A DNA stretch of 30,475 nt from a virus (taxonomy: Duplodnaviria; Caudoviricetes), in IMG/VR virus record IMGVR_UViG_3300036766_000624, positions 1-30,475 of that record. The stretch is one strand, 5' to 3'. The position numbers and the translations under genes are program-made. The notes under the pieces are model-generated. The model was not told where the DNA came from. It saw only the letters and a list, made by a program, of their open reading frames with translations, and made no database searches. Positions within the stretch are counted from its first letter, which is position 1. The number at the start of each line of letters is the position of its first letter. Below, piece by piece: positions 1 to 8,054 of this stretch.

Positions 1-437
1 GAAGCAATAGTATTAGGGAATGGAATTTGTGGTGCATAAGAAGCAGAAATGGCATATGAAGCACTGGTTATAGTTCCAGCAATATTAGATGCGGTAATGT
101 AAGATGCAGACGTAGCAAATGAGGATGATGTACTACCGGAGGCGTAAGAACAAGATATATTATATGAACCGCCTGGAGTTACTCCTCCACCACTCCCGCC
201 ACTTAATGCATAAGAAGCCGTTATGGCATATGAAGCTGATATACTACCAGATCCACCAGTTCCGATTCCATATTTTGCTGCCCAAACAGAAATTTGATCT
301 GCCGTAAATATGCCACTTGAAGAATGATAGAAAATTAAATCGGAACCGGAGACATTGATTTGTTCATAATACTGATTAGCCGTATTCCGCTGGACAAATG
401 CAGAATCAAGTTTGTTTGGCGTTGCAGTAAATGACAT
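1..437 (-). CDS. Virion fibre-like protein with ASYA/SASY repeats (3' end runs off the window)
   Basis: Not in the ORF track. Read by hand from ATG at 437: MSFTATPNKLDSAFVQRN...SISASYAITASYALSGG...SASYAISASYAPQIPFPNTIAS, open to position 1. Shares the repeat type with 458-1288. Confidence 0.7.
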   Translation of the reverse strand, partial: MSFTATPNKLDSAFVQRNTANQYYEQINVSGSDLIFYHSSSGIFTADQISVWAAKYGIGTGGSGSISASYAITASYALSGGSGGGVTPGGSYNISCSYASGSTSSSFATSASYITASNIAGTITSASYAISASYAPQIPFPNTIA

Positions 438-457
438 ATTTCTTAAAAATAAATAGT

Positions 458-1288
458 TTAAGGTGATGAGATTTCTGCTATTATAGTCCAGTTCATAGCA
501 CTTCCGAGAGATTGAATATTGAATCTAATTAAGTCCCCCGAATTTATATAACCCAATGAACCTGTATTAACTACAATATAAGTGCTTGAAGTTAAATTAA
601 GTGATCCAATTGTAATAGCATTGAACCCAATACTACCCACAGATTTTTCTACGTCAATCGAACTTGTGTCTGATGAGGCGGGAGTTTGAACTCTAAAAAC
701 CAATCGTCTAATAGTATATGTTAATGAGGTTGTGCCATCCAGTGGTGAGTAAGGCACCGGAACTTCGCCTGCATCCGGGCCTGAAATCAACGGAGTATAT
801 GCTGAACACAGTATAATAGAACGTCCGTTAACAACATTATCTGTCCATGATGATGTTGAGGCATATGAAGCACTTGTTGCTGAGGCTACGGTTCCAACCA
901 CATAACTTGCTGTATCAGCCATTGTAATATGTGTCGACGCCGAGACCCAAGACGCAGAAGCAATAGTATTAGGAAATGCTGTCTGTGGAGCATAGGAAGC
1001 ACTAACCGCATTCAGTACATAACTTGCTGTATCTGCATTATTGATATGAACACTTGAAGTTTCTGAATATAGTGAATATGATGAACTTATACTACTGGAA
1101 GCAAATAAAGATGCGCTAACAAAAAAAGAATTTGCAAAAGATGATAATGGAAGCAATGACAAATCATTTGCTGCATTTATTACTACAACGCTATTAGGTT
1201 GTACAATTAATGCCCACTCCTCAAACGTCATTGTAGAAGATTTTCTTTCGGTAAATATATCTTTCGCTTTTTGATAGGTTTGACTCAT
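458..1288 (-). CDS. Ser/Ala-rich virion fibre-like protein with (T/S)ASY(A/V) repeats
   Basis: 276-aa ORF with repeated ADTASY/SASYA units and a beta-rich C-terminus; lies in the structural cluster. Confidence 0.6.
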   Translation of the reverse strand: MSQTYQKAKDIFTERKSSTMTFEEWALIVQPNSVVVINAANDLSLLPLSSFANSFFVSASLFASSSISSSYSLYSETSSVHINNADTASYVLNAVSASYAPQTAFPNTIASASWVSASTHITMADTASYVVGTVASATSASYASTSSWTDNVVNGRSIILCSAYTPLISGPDAGEVPVPYSPLDGTTSLTYTIRRLVFRVQTPASSDTSSIDVEKSVGSIGFNAITIGSLNLTSSTYIVVNTGSLGYINSGDLIRFNIQSLGSAMNWTIIAEISSP

Positions 1289-1291
1289 ACA

Positions 1292-2560
1292 CTATTGAAA
1301 TTGTGATATGGCAACTCGATTCCAAGATCCACTGGAATATAAATAAAAATACTTATTGTCAAATGATACTGTTCCTTCTCGACATGCAGGTACTTGCGTG
1401 AATTGCGCTATAGCCACTCTTTTCCATTGCCCCGATGTATAAATATAGAAATATTGAGAATCATAGGATACATATCCTTCTTCTCCTATTGCACTCAAAG
1501 TTGTTGGAGGAGGAACAACTCTCAAAAGTGGAACAATGTTATCCAACCCCACATTGATAGGATTTACGACCGGAGTTGCCGTGACACTTTTTAGAGTAGT
1601 CACAATTTGAGAAGTTATATCTGATGCATCGCTAATGCCCGAGACAATAGTTGTTGGAGATATTGGCAACGGAAGATCTGCCTGTAAGTTTGGATAGTTT
1701 GGATTATACCATTTTTTACGATTTTGATTTACCGATTCCATATCAAAACCAGTTGAGACTACTTCGGCTCCCATAATTATTTTCTTTGGAGTAAACATCT
1801 TGGTCGTAGTCATCTTGGTTTTTTCCAACTTCGTGATTGTATCCGGCAGAATATATCCATGCGCTCTTAAATCAAATTCGGTTTTGACTATTCTATCCTC
1901 AGTTGCTTGAAGTTCTGTGGTATGAGTATAGGTATCAACACTAGTACGAAAACGAAATCCCTTTTTACTACCCCAATAATCGTTTGTATTAAATCGGATA
2001 GCCGACACCAGATCATTCATTTGTTGGACAAGTTCAGTCCATATAATGAAGTGATAAATCAGTACCATATGACTTGGCACTATAATATTATAGATTTCGT
2101 TGACCGGCACGTTCTGCCCTATAAGAACAGAAAATTTGGTATATTGGTTCTTTGGAGAATACAACTTTCTTACTGGCGTGACCAAATAGCGATTAAAAAA
2201 TTGAAGAGTGGCGTCTCCTTCGGAACTGGTTCTTCGGAGAATAATTGCTGGCAGAATCATTTTTCCCTGTTGATCACGAAGATACCCATCTCTTTGTGCC
2301 GAAGTCCATTTTTCGGGGGAACCATAAAAAATGGGAACTTTTACTTTCTTACCGACATCGGTTACTTGAAGCTGTAATTGTTCCATTTGCAATAAAATAG
2401 CCTCATCAATGTCATAAAGAGTGATGGTGATATCTTTTTGAGTGTCCGTATCCCTCCTAACAACATTTGCTCTATTATCTCCAATATCTTTTTCCGACCT
2501 ATTTATAGATTCTTGTACACTATTGGGCGAGGGGTTTGAAATATTTCCTTTCCAACTCAT
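1292..2560 (-). CDS. gp15: T4 gp15-like tail sheath stabiliser/terminator with C-terminal extension
   Basis: KVPIFYGSPEKW...MILPAI...QQMNDLV pattern typical of gp15-like proteins; follows gp13/gp14-like genes. Confidence 0.65.
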   Translation of the reverse strand: MSWKGNISNPSPNSVQESINRSEKDIGDNRANVVRRDTDTQKDITITLYDIDEAILLQMEQLQLQVTDVGKKVKVPIFYGSPEKWTSAQRDGYLRDQQGKMILPAIILRRTSSEGDATLQFFNRYLVTPVRKLYSPKNQYTKFSVLIGQNVPVNEIYNIIVPSHMVLIYHFIIWTELVQQMNDLVSAIRFNTNDYWGSKKGFRFRTSVDTYTHTTELQATEDRIVKTEFDLRAHGYILPDTITKLEKTKMTTTKMFTPKKIIMGAEVVSTGFDMESVNQNRKKWYNPNYPNLQADLPLPISPTTIVSGISDASDITSQIVTTLKSVTATPVVNPINVGLDNIVPLLRVVPPPTTLSAIGEEGYVSYDSQYFYIYTSGQWKRVAIAQFTQVPACREGTVSFDNKYFYLYSSGSWNRVAISQFQ

Positions 2561-3285
2561 ATTATTATAGGTATTTTGGTAGATGTGATAACATCATACA
2601 GGTTCTTTTCGACTTCATCATACCGAAGAAACAAAATAGGATTCAAATTATCTATTATAGTTTTCTGTCTAACTTCATCTTTTATTTTTACAGCTGGAAG
2701 ATTATGACGCCGTTCATCATATTCAAATACAATATTTTTATTTTTATCATATCCATCAACGAAATATCCACTGACTATTTCTTCGCCCCCATTCAATGCG
2801 TGTCGCAACTCTATCCCCATCAATCTATTCAAATTATCAATAAACTTACATGCATTAGGATTGAAATTTTTTGTCAAAGTTCCATATTTTTGTATTTTGA
2901 TGGCCATACATATTCTATGTTTCTGCTTAGTTTCTTCCGAACATACTCTTCCTTTTCCTGATATACCAATTTTTCGTTTTGTTTCTTCGGAATGACGTTT
3001 TCCCAACATTATTTTCGGACTGTTTTCAGATATTTTCCGCTTGGTTTCTTCTGTATGTGGAAATCTTTTTCCATATCTCCCGTTATTAATACCACATTGT
3101 TTACCTTTATGTGCTTCTGACAACTTCATTCGATGTTCATCTGAAAATTTCTTTCCTAATCCAATTCCTAAACGACCACAAGATTTACATGGAAGATTTC
3201 TACTAATTGCCGCATCAAGTCCTTTCTGTGATACATAACTCTGTATCTGTTTACATTTAGGACAATTTTTTGACCACGTATTCAT
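2557..3285 (-). mobile_element. Free-standing homing endonuclease gene (CxxC Zn ribbon, NUMOD3 repeats, C-terminal Vsr/PD-(D/E)xK-like nuclease)
   Basis: CPKC...CKSC; NUMOD3-like repeats GKKFSDEHRMKLSEAHKG, HTEETKRKISE, HSEETKRKIG, SEETKQK; C-terminal YFVDGYDKNKNIVFEYDERRH. Confidence 0.8.
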
Positions 3286-3286
3286 A

Positions 3287-3760
3287 TTAGCTTTGCCTTT
3301 CTACCACATCCACCTTGCTGAGGCGAGTGTAATGAGTATTGGTTATAATACTAAATGTTTTTTCAGGAATACCTCCCAAGAGTTGTTCCCGAACAATTTC
3401 ATCAATTTCATGATAACGAGCGTTGAATAATACCAAATCTCCAGTTTGTGGATAAAAATCGACTTTTTGCAAATCTTTTTCCATAAACTTGAATGCCACG
3501 TTTTGCTTACGGTCTGGCCCAAAATCGTCAGCATCAGTTGTAATATCAGCACGATCAACGAGACAAACAATCTCAATACCTGGATAATATTGTTTGCCTA
3601 CCGATGGTTTGCTTTCGCCATAAATGTTAGTCTGTGTGGCATCGGCACAAGCCTTATATAGTGTCACTTCTGTCTGAATAACATCATCTAATAGTTCGTC
3701 ATTTACACCATTGATGAATGATATATCACGCTCTGAAAAAAATCTTCCTGGCAAACTCAT
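3287..3760 (-). CDS. gp14: T4 gp14-like neck/head-completion protein
   Basis: 157 aa with TNIYGES motif and PQTGDLVLFNARYHEI; position between gp13- and gp15-like genes. Confidence 0.55.
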   Translation of the reverse strand: MSLPGRFFSERDISFINGVNDELLDDVIQTEVTLYKACADATQTNIYGESKPSVGKQYYPGIEIVCLVDRADITTDADDFGPDRKQNVAFKFMEKDLQKVDFYPQTGDLVLFNARYHEIDEIVREQLLGGIPEKTFSIITNTHYTRLSKVDVVERQS

Positions 3761-4056
3761 ATTGCATATTTTATTGGTATAGTAATCTCTATACAGGTTT
3801 GTTCTTTGTAAGGATAAATTCTAATAGTTCCTTTTCTATTATCAGCAACTTGTAAAAATCTTTCCAAAGCACTGTGTCCTATAAGAGAGGAGTACAATTT
3901 AACAACTATATTATTTCCTTCTTCTTCAACTCCCCAGTGATGGATATGCTTTCTATCCGTATTGTGAAGCATTTTGATGATATATGACACATCCGACTTG
4001 GATCGTTCCTCGACAACACAGGTCTTGATTATTTCCACTAACTCTTGTTTATCCAC
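3757..4056 (-). CDS. Hypothetical protein
   Basis: 99-aa ORF overlapping the downstream gene (ATGA); N-terminus MDKQELVEIIKTCVVEE. Confidence 0.6.
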   Translation of the reverse strand: MDKQELVEIIKTCVVEERSKSDVSYIIKMLHNTDRKHIHHWGVEEEGNNIVVKLYSSLIGHSALERFLQVADNRKGTIRIYPYKEQTCIEITIPIKYAI

Positions 4057-4061
4057 AATCT

Positions 4062-5240
4062 TTATCCAAAATAAATGGCATATGGCATGGGAACACGCTT
4101 TAACTGTTCCTGCAATTGTTCTGCCATTTGAGACTGCTTTTCCATTTGAGCGAACTTACCAGCAGCCTCAAGCATTTGTTTGAGGTTATCAAGCAATAGT
4201 TCTTTTGTCTGTTGAGCCTCAGAACGAAGTTCGGCTCCATCAAGAGTTACTTCTCCTCCTGGAATAGGCAACGTCTGGTACTTCTGACGCACTGCTCCAA
4301 GGATCTCTTTGCATGTTGCGAGAAAATAATCACGAATCCATTGCCTTCCTGGGTCATTTATATCCGAATAAGTGTGGTTCTTATAAGGCACATTGGCAAA
4401 ATCAGAAGCAACTTTATCTCCTATTGGTGTCAGAGATCCATTTGCAAACACCTCATTGTCATTTGTATATTCAATCCAAACTTTGTATCCATACATCGGA
4501 ATAGGAAATATACGAAGTTTGTTATTTTTCAATTCAAAAGAATATGCTGATTTACGAACCATATCATTGAACTGAATAGCTTGACCACGGAGCAAATCTT
4601 CGAAAATTGGCGTCATAAGGAACTGAACCGCTGGTGAATAAGCCCCAAATCCAAGTTCTTGTAAAACATTGGAATAGCTCATTCCAGTCATAGAAAATGG
4701 GTCATAAATACGAGCAAATGCTGGAGGCCCATAATGGAAAATCCGGCGAACAGTTATTTTATCACATTCTTCATATACATCTCCAAGCAACTTTTGAAGA
4801 TCATAATCTTGGACTTGAGGTTTCATTTGTATAAAATGTTTTTTCCAATCTGCCTTTCCTCCAGTACCAGCCTCAGTTCCATAATCTTTAGCAAGAACCG
4901 TCATATATGGAAGTCCAGTTCCAGTAATAGCTCTATTTTGAAGATCACCCAAAACATTGATACTTTGTCCTTGTAAAGTGAACATGTTGTTGATCATATT
5001 ATATTCGTTGACCTTGGCGTTATAGACATTAGTAGATTCTTCATATGCCGTGTAGAACTGAACATCTATCATTTCAATTGCAACAGACGGATATCCGAGA
5101 CGGCGAGCCGCCCAAACCATTGCATTATAACAGTCTTTCTGGAATGTTGGATCACTGTCGTAGAATCCAAAAGCGGTATTACCGGGAACCATTGAACCAC
5201 TTCCGGGGAATCGTATTAGATCTTGATTTGACACTGCCAT
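4062..5240 (-). CDS. gp13: T4 gp13-like neck protein (head-tail adaptor)
   Basis: WAARRLGYPSVAIE near the N-terminus and KYQTLPIPGGEVTLDGAELRSEA near the C-terminus; AGGAG SD upstream. Confidence 0.75.
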   Translation of the reverse strand: MAVSNQDLIRFPGSGSMVPGNTAFGFYDSDPTFQKDCYNAMVWAARRLGYPSVAIEMIDVQFYTAYEESTNVYNAKVNEYNMINNMFTLQGQSINVLGDLQNRAITGTGLPYMTVLAKDYGTEAGTGGKADWKKHFIQMKPQVQDYDLQKLLGDVYEECDKITVRRIFHYGPPAFARIYDPFSMTGMSYSNVLQELGFGAYSPAVQFLMTPIFEDLLRGQAIQFNDMVRKSAYSFELKNNKLRIFPIPMYGYKVWIEYTNDNEVFANGSLTPIGDKVASDFANVPYKNHTYSDINDPGRQWIRDYFLATCKEILGAVRQKYQTLPIPGGEVTLDGAELRSEAQQTKELLLDNLKQMLEAAGKFAQMEKQSQMAEQLQEQLKRVPMPYAIYFG

Positions 5241-5368
5241 CGTCTTATTCTCCTATAACATTCTTACATTGTTTAGAACCGAACACTTTTGAGTATACAA
5301 TCGATCTCTACCACATTCCGGGCAAGGCAGAGAATATTTGTTGTCTTTTTTACTACCATATTATCATC

Positions 5369-5419
5369 TATAAATATAGAAAGGAATGGAAAGGATGAGT
5401 CAAATCCGCTATATTTATT
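5369..5419. promoter_or_regulatory. Divergent pair of putative late-promoter motifs (TATTTAT)
   Basis: TATTTATA on - strand at 5369-5376 and TATTTATT on + strand at 5412-5419, between the divergent genes starting at 5240 and 5459. Confidence 0.45.
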
Positions 5420-5458
5420 TATGTCCAATGATCTGCTCATGCAGATCAATGACATATT

Positions 5459-6820
5459 ATGCCAATACCTCGTTCGTACAAAACCTTTTTTAGAGAAGAA
5501 GATGAAGTACCTAATGTATTTTGGGGAAATGAAGGCGCAGGAGCACTCTTTATTTCAAAAGATACCGGGAGATTACTTCTTTTTCTTCGTTCATCTAATG
5601 TTAATGAACCAGGTACATGGAATCTCACTGGTGGAAGAATAGATTATGGAGAATCCCCTAAAGATGCAGTTACCCGAGAAGTAGAGGAAGAAACTGGATA
5701 TGATGGGAATTATAAAATGTCTTTTCTCTATATTTTTCGTCATAGAAATTTCAAATATCATAACTATCTGGTTCTTGTTCCATTTGAATTCACTCCACAA
5801 CTAAACTGGGAACATGATGACAGCAAATGGGTTGAATATGGGGATTGGCCATCTCCGCTTCATTTTGGACTCAACAATCTAATTAATCAAGCCGGGCCCA
5901 AAATCAAACGTGTTGTTGATTTGATAAAGAGAAAAAAGGAAAAAAAACCTATACCAGAAACTATAGATCTGCCGCCGCCAGCAATCATTCGATCCATAGA
6001 TCATCCCTCAATAGCTAATGTAGCAGATATTAAAACATTTGAAAATGCATATGTGATCGCAGCTACTCTTTGGGGAGAAGCTCGTGGAGAAGGAGAAGTA
6101 GGAATGCACGCTGTTATGAATGTTATAATGAATCGTGCTCACGGCAATTTTAAAAAGGCAAAAGATGTTGTTCTAAAACCATATCAATTTTCTATCTGGA
6201 ATAATGTAAAAGATCCCAAAGCCGCAGCTATTAACCTTGCAGATATTCAACGCACAGGAACAGCCAAAGAACATCCTGCATACATAAAAGCCCTTGAGCT
6301 TGTTGATCTAGCAATGAGAGACCAGTTGCCAGATATTACAAATGGAGCTATTGCTTATTTCAATCCAAAAAAGGCAAACCCCAAGTGGGCAAAAGTTCTT
6401 GTCAAAACCAAATCTATTGGAAATCATGATTTTTATAGATCACCAAAGAAGTATGACGAAGGAAAGAAAATTCTAAAAGAAGATATTGAATTTTCCAGAC
6501 AAGGACTTGTAGACGATGGATTATTTGGATATGAAATAAAATCTCCTTTCTCACGTCTTGTATATTCCTATGAACCAGGTACTGGAATATTTTATCTTGA
6601 TAATGTTGATACCCCACACAAAGAAGATCAAGACAAAGGACATGCTACAGAACTTTTGAATATTTTCTTTCATCTAATAAAACTAAGAAAAGGAGCTTTA
6701 GATCCAGGGCCATACACAGAGGCTGGAATGCTCTATGTCAAACCTGTTGTTGAACGTTTGGCAAAAAAATATGGTATAAGATTGGTCAGAGGACGCCGAG
6801 ACAAGTATGGGTATGATTAA
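5459..6820 (+). CDS. Three-domain protein: NUDIX hydrolase + SleB-like cell-wall hydrolase (Hydrolase_2) + GNAT-like domain
   Basis: Nudix box GGRIDYGESPKDAVTREVEEETG; SleB motifs ATLWGEARGE...AVMNVIMNR...YQFS...DITNGA...IGNHDFY; GNAT motif-A-like EDQDKGHATELL. Confidence 0.8.
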   Translation: MPIPRSYKTFFREEDEVPNVFWGNEGAGALFISKDTGRLLLFLRSSNVNEPGTWNLTGGRIDYGESPKDAVTREVEEETGYDGNYKMSFLYIFRHRNFKYHNYLVLVPFEFTPQLNWEHDDSKWVEYGDWPSPLHFGLNNLINQAGPKIKRVVDLIKRKKEKKPIPETIDLPPPAIIRSIDHPSIANVADIKTFENAYVIAATLWGEARGEGEVGMHAVMNVIMNRAHGNFKKAKDVVLKPYQFSIWNNVKDPKAAAINLADIQRTGTAKEHPAYIKALELVDLAMRDQLPDITNGAIAYFNPKKANPKWAKVLVKTKSIGNHDFYRSPKKYDEGKKILKEDIEFSRQGLVDDGLFGYEIKSPFSRLVYSYEPGTGIFYLDNVDTPHKEDQDKGHATELLNIFFHLIKLRKGALDPGPYTEAGMLYVKPVVERLAKKYGIRLVRGRRDKYGYD

Positions 6821-7307
6821 ACTCAAAGATATTCTGATAGAAGATTTATACGAGTATTTCTATCACGCCACTACTCCTGACGCATTGCCGGGAATAGTAA
6901 AACATGGTCTTTTACCATCTAAAGATCCACATTAGGGAGGAGAATTAGGAACTTTAAATTTAGGAAAAATATTCATTTCGGATGAATTTAGAGCGGCGAA
7001 TTTCTATGGTAATATTTTGTGGAGAGATGAGCCAAATAGATATAAACCAATATTAAGGTTCAAATATAATAAATACAGAGTCATATCAGATAAAGAATCA
7101 AAACACGATTTTTATGCAGAATATCCTTTGAAAGCTAAATTTGAGATATTCGTGTATGATGAAAATACAAGCGTAGAAACAGATCCTAATGGAGATACTT
7201 GGTTTAACGAACGTACTGGCGAATGGAGACCTTTGACACAAAATATCGCTATAGCAATTTCTACTGGCGAATGGGATGGAGAAGAAATAGAATGGAATGA
7301 AAAGTAA
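6813..7307 (+). pseudogene. MIKLK-leader ART-like (KptA/Tpt1-type fold) gene interrupted by an in-frame TAG at 6933-6935
   Basis: ATG 6813 reads MIKLKDILIEDLYEYFYHATTPDALPGIVKHGLLPSKDPH*GGELGTLNLGKIFISDEF..., in frame with track ORF 7017-7307; 164 aa if read through. Confidence 0.75.
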
Positions 7308-7313
7308 ATAAAT

Positions 7314-8054
7314 ATGATTAAGTTAAAAGCACTGATAGAGGGAATGAGTCCCGAAAAAGCCGAAGATATTTTCGACAAATTCGGCGTCAAAGATACTTTA
7401 TCTATGCCAATTAAAGATGTTGCCAAAGCATATAGAGAACTCGTCAAAATACATCACCCAGATAAAGGCGGAAGTACTCTCGATATGCAACACATCAATG
7501 CAGCATGGGATGTGTTGCAGACTTATGGCGGAGGACTAGGCTATACAGAACCAAGCATAAGAGAACCAAGAACATGGACGACACCAGAAGCAGAATATAG
7601 GGCTTGGCGTGGATATCGTGAACCCGAACCGTGGGCCTGGGCAGGGTACTCTAAAGGGAGTGGAGTGCCCCCAAGCGATCATATTTCTGGTACAAAAGAT
7701 ATAAATTATTTCAAAAAAAAGGCGTGGGAAATCTCTGGAAAACCCATTCCGGATAAGGAAAACGAATATACTTTTTGGAACTGGGATGGAAGTTATTTCC
7801 AAGGAGTGTTTAGTGTATTCACTAAACCACACGCTTTACACAAAATAGCACTTATGATGATTGAGTGGGACAGCAGTTATAAATCTAAAGCAGTATTTTT
7901 CACCAGACCAGGAAGTATTAAACTACGCAAGATATATTTGATTGATATAAATGGGCAGGAAATAAAACCTCCAAAAGAATTTGAACACGAAAGCTTCAAT
8001 CAAAATCCGGGGAATGACCAACAATTTGTCAATTACCTGAGGAGATCTTTATGA
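7314..8054 (+). CDS. MIKLK-leader J-domain (DnaJ-like) protein
   Basis: DVAKAYRELVKIHHPDKGGS...MQHINAAWDVL contains the HPD motif; C-terminal domain unknown. Confidence 0.8.
   Translation: MIKLKALIEGMSPEKAEDIFDKFGVKDTLSMPIKDVAKAYRELVKIHHPDKGGSTLDMQHINAAWDVLQTYGGGLGYTEPSIREPRTWTTPEAEYRAWRGYREPEPWAWAGYSKGSGVPPSDHISGTKDINYFKKKAWEISGKPIPDKENEYTFWNWDGSYFQGVFSVFTKPHALHKIALMMIEWDSSYKSKAVFFTRPGSIKLRKIYLIDINGQEIKPPKEFEHESFNQNPGNDQQFVNYLRRSL

Noticed and set aside
5429-5448. 8-bp hairpin TGATCTGC-TCAT-GCAGATCA before gene 5459 as a terminator
   Set aside because: No U-tract, and it lies between divergent gene starts; at most a 5'-UTR stem, with no function supportable.
6933-6935. Genome-wide TAG (or TGA) reassignment, suggested by the in-frame TAG and a phage release factor
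   Set aside because: All long genes are intact in the standard code, TAG ends several genes (18055, 18398, 18803, 23956) and TGA ends many; only one internal TAG was found.
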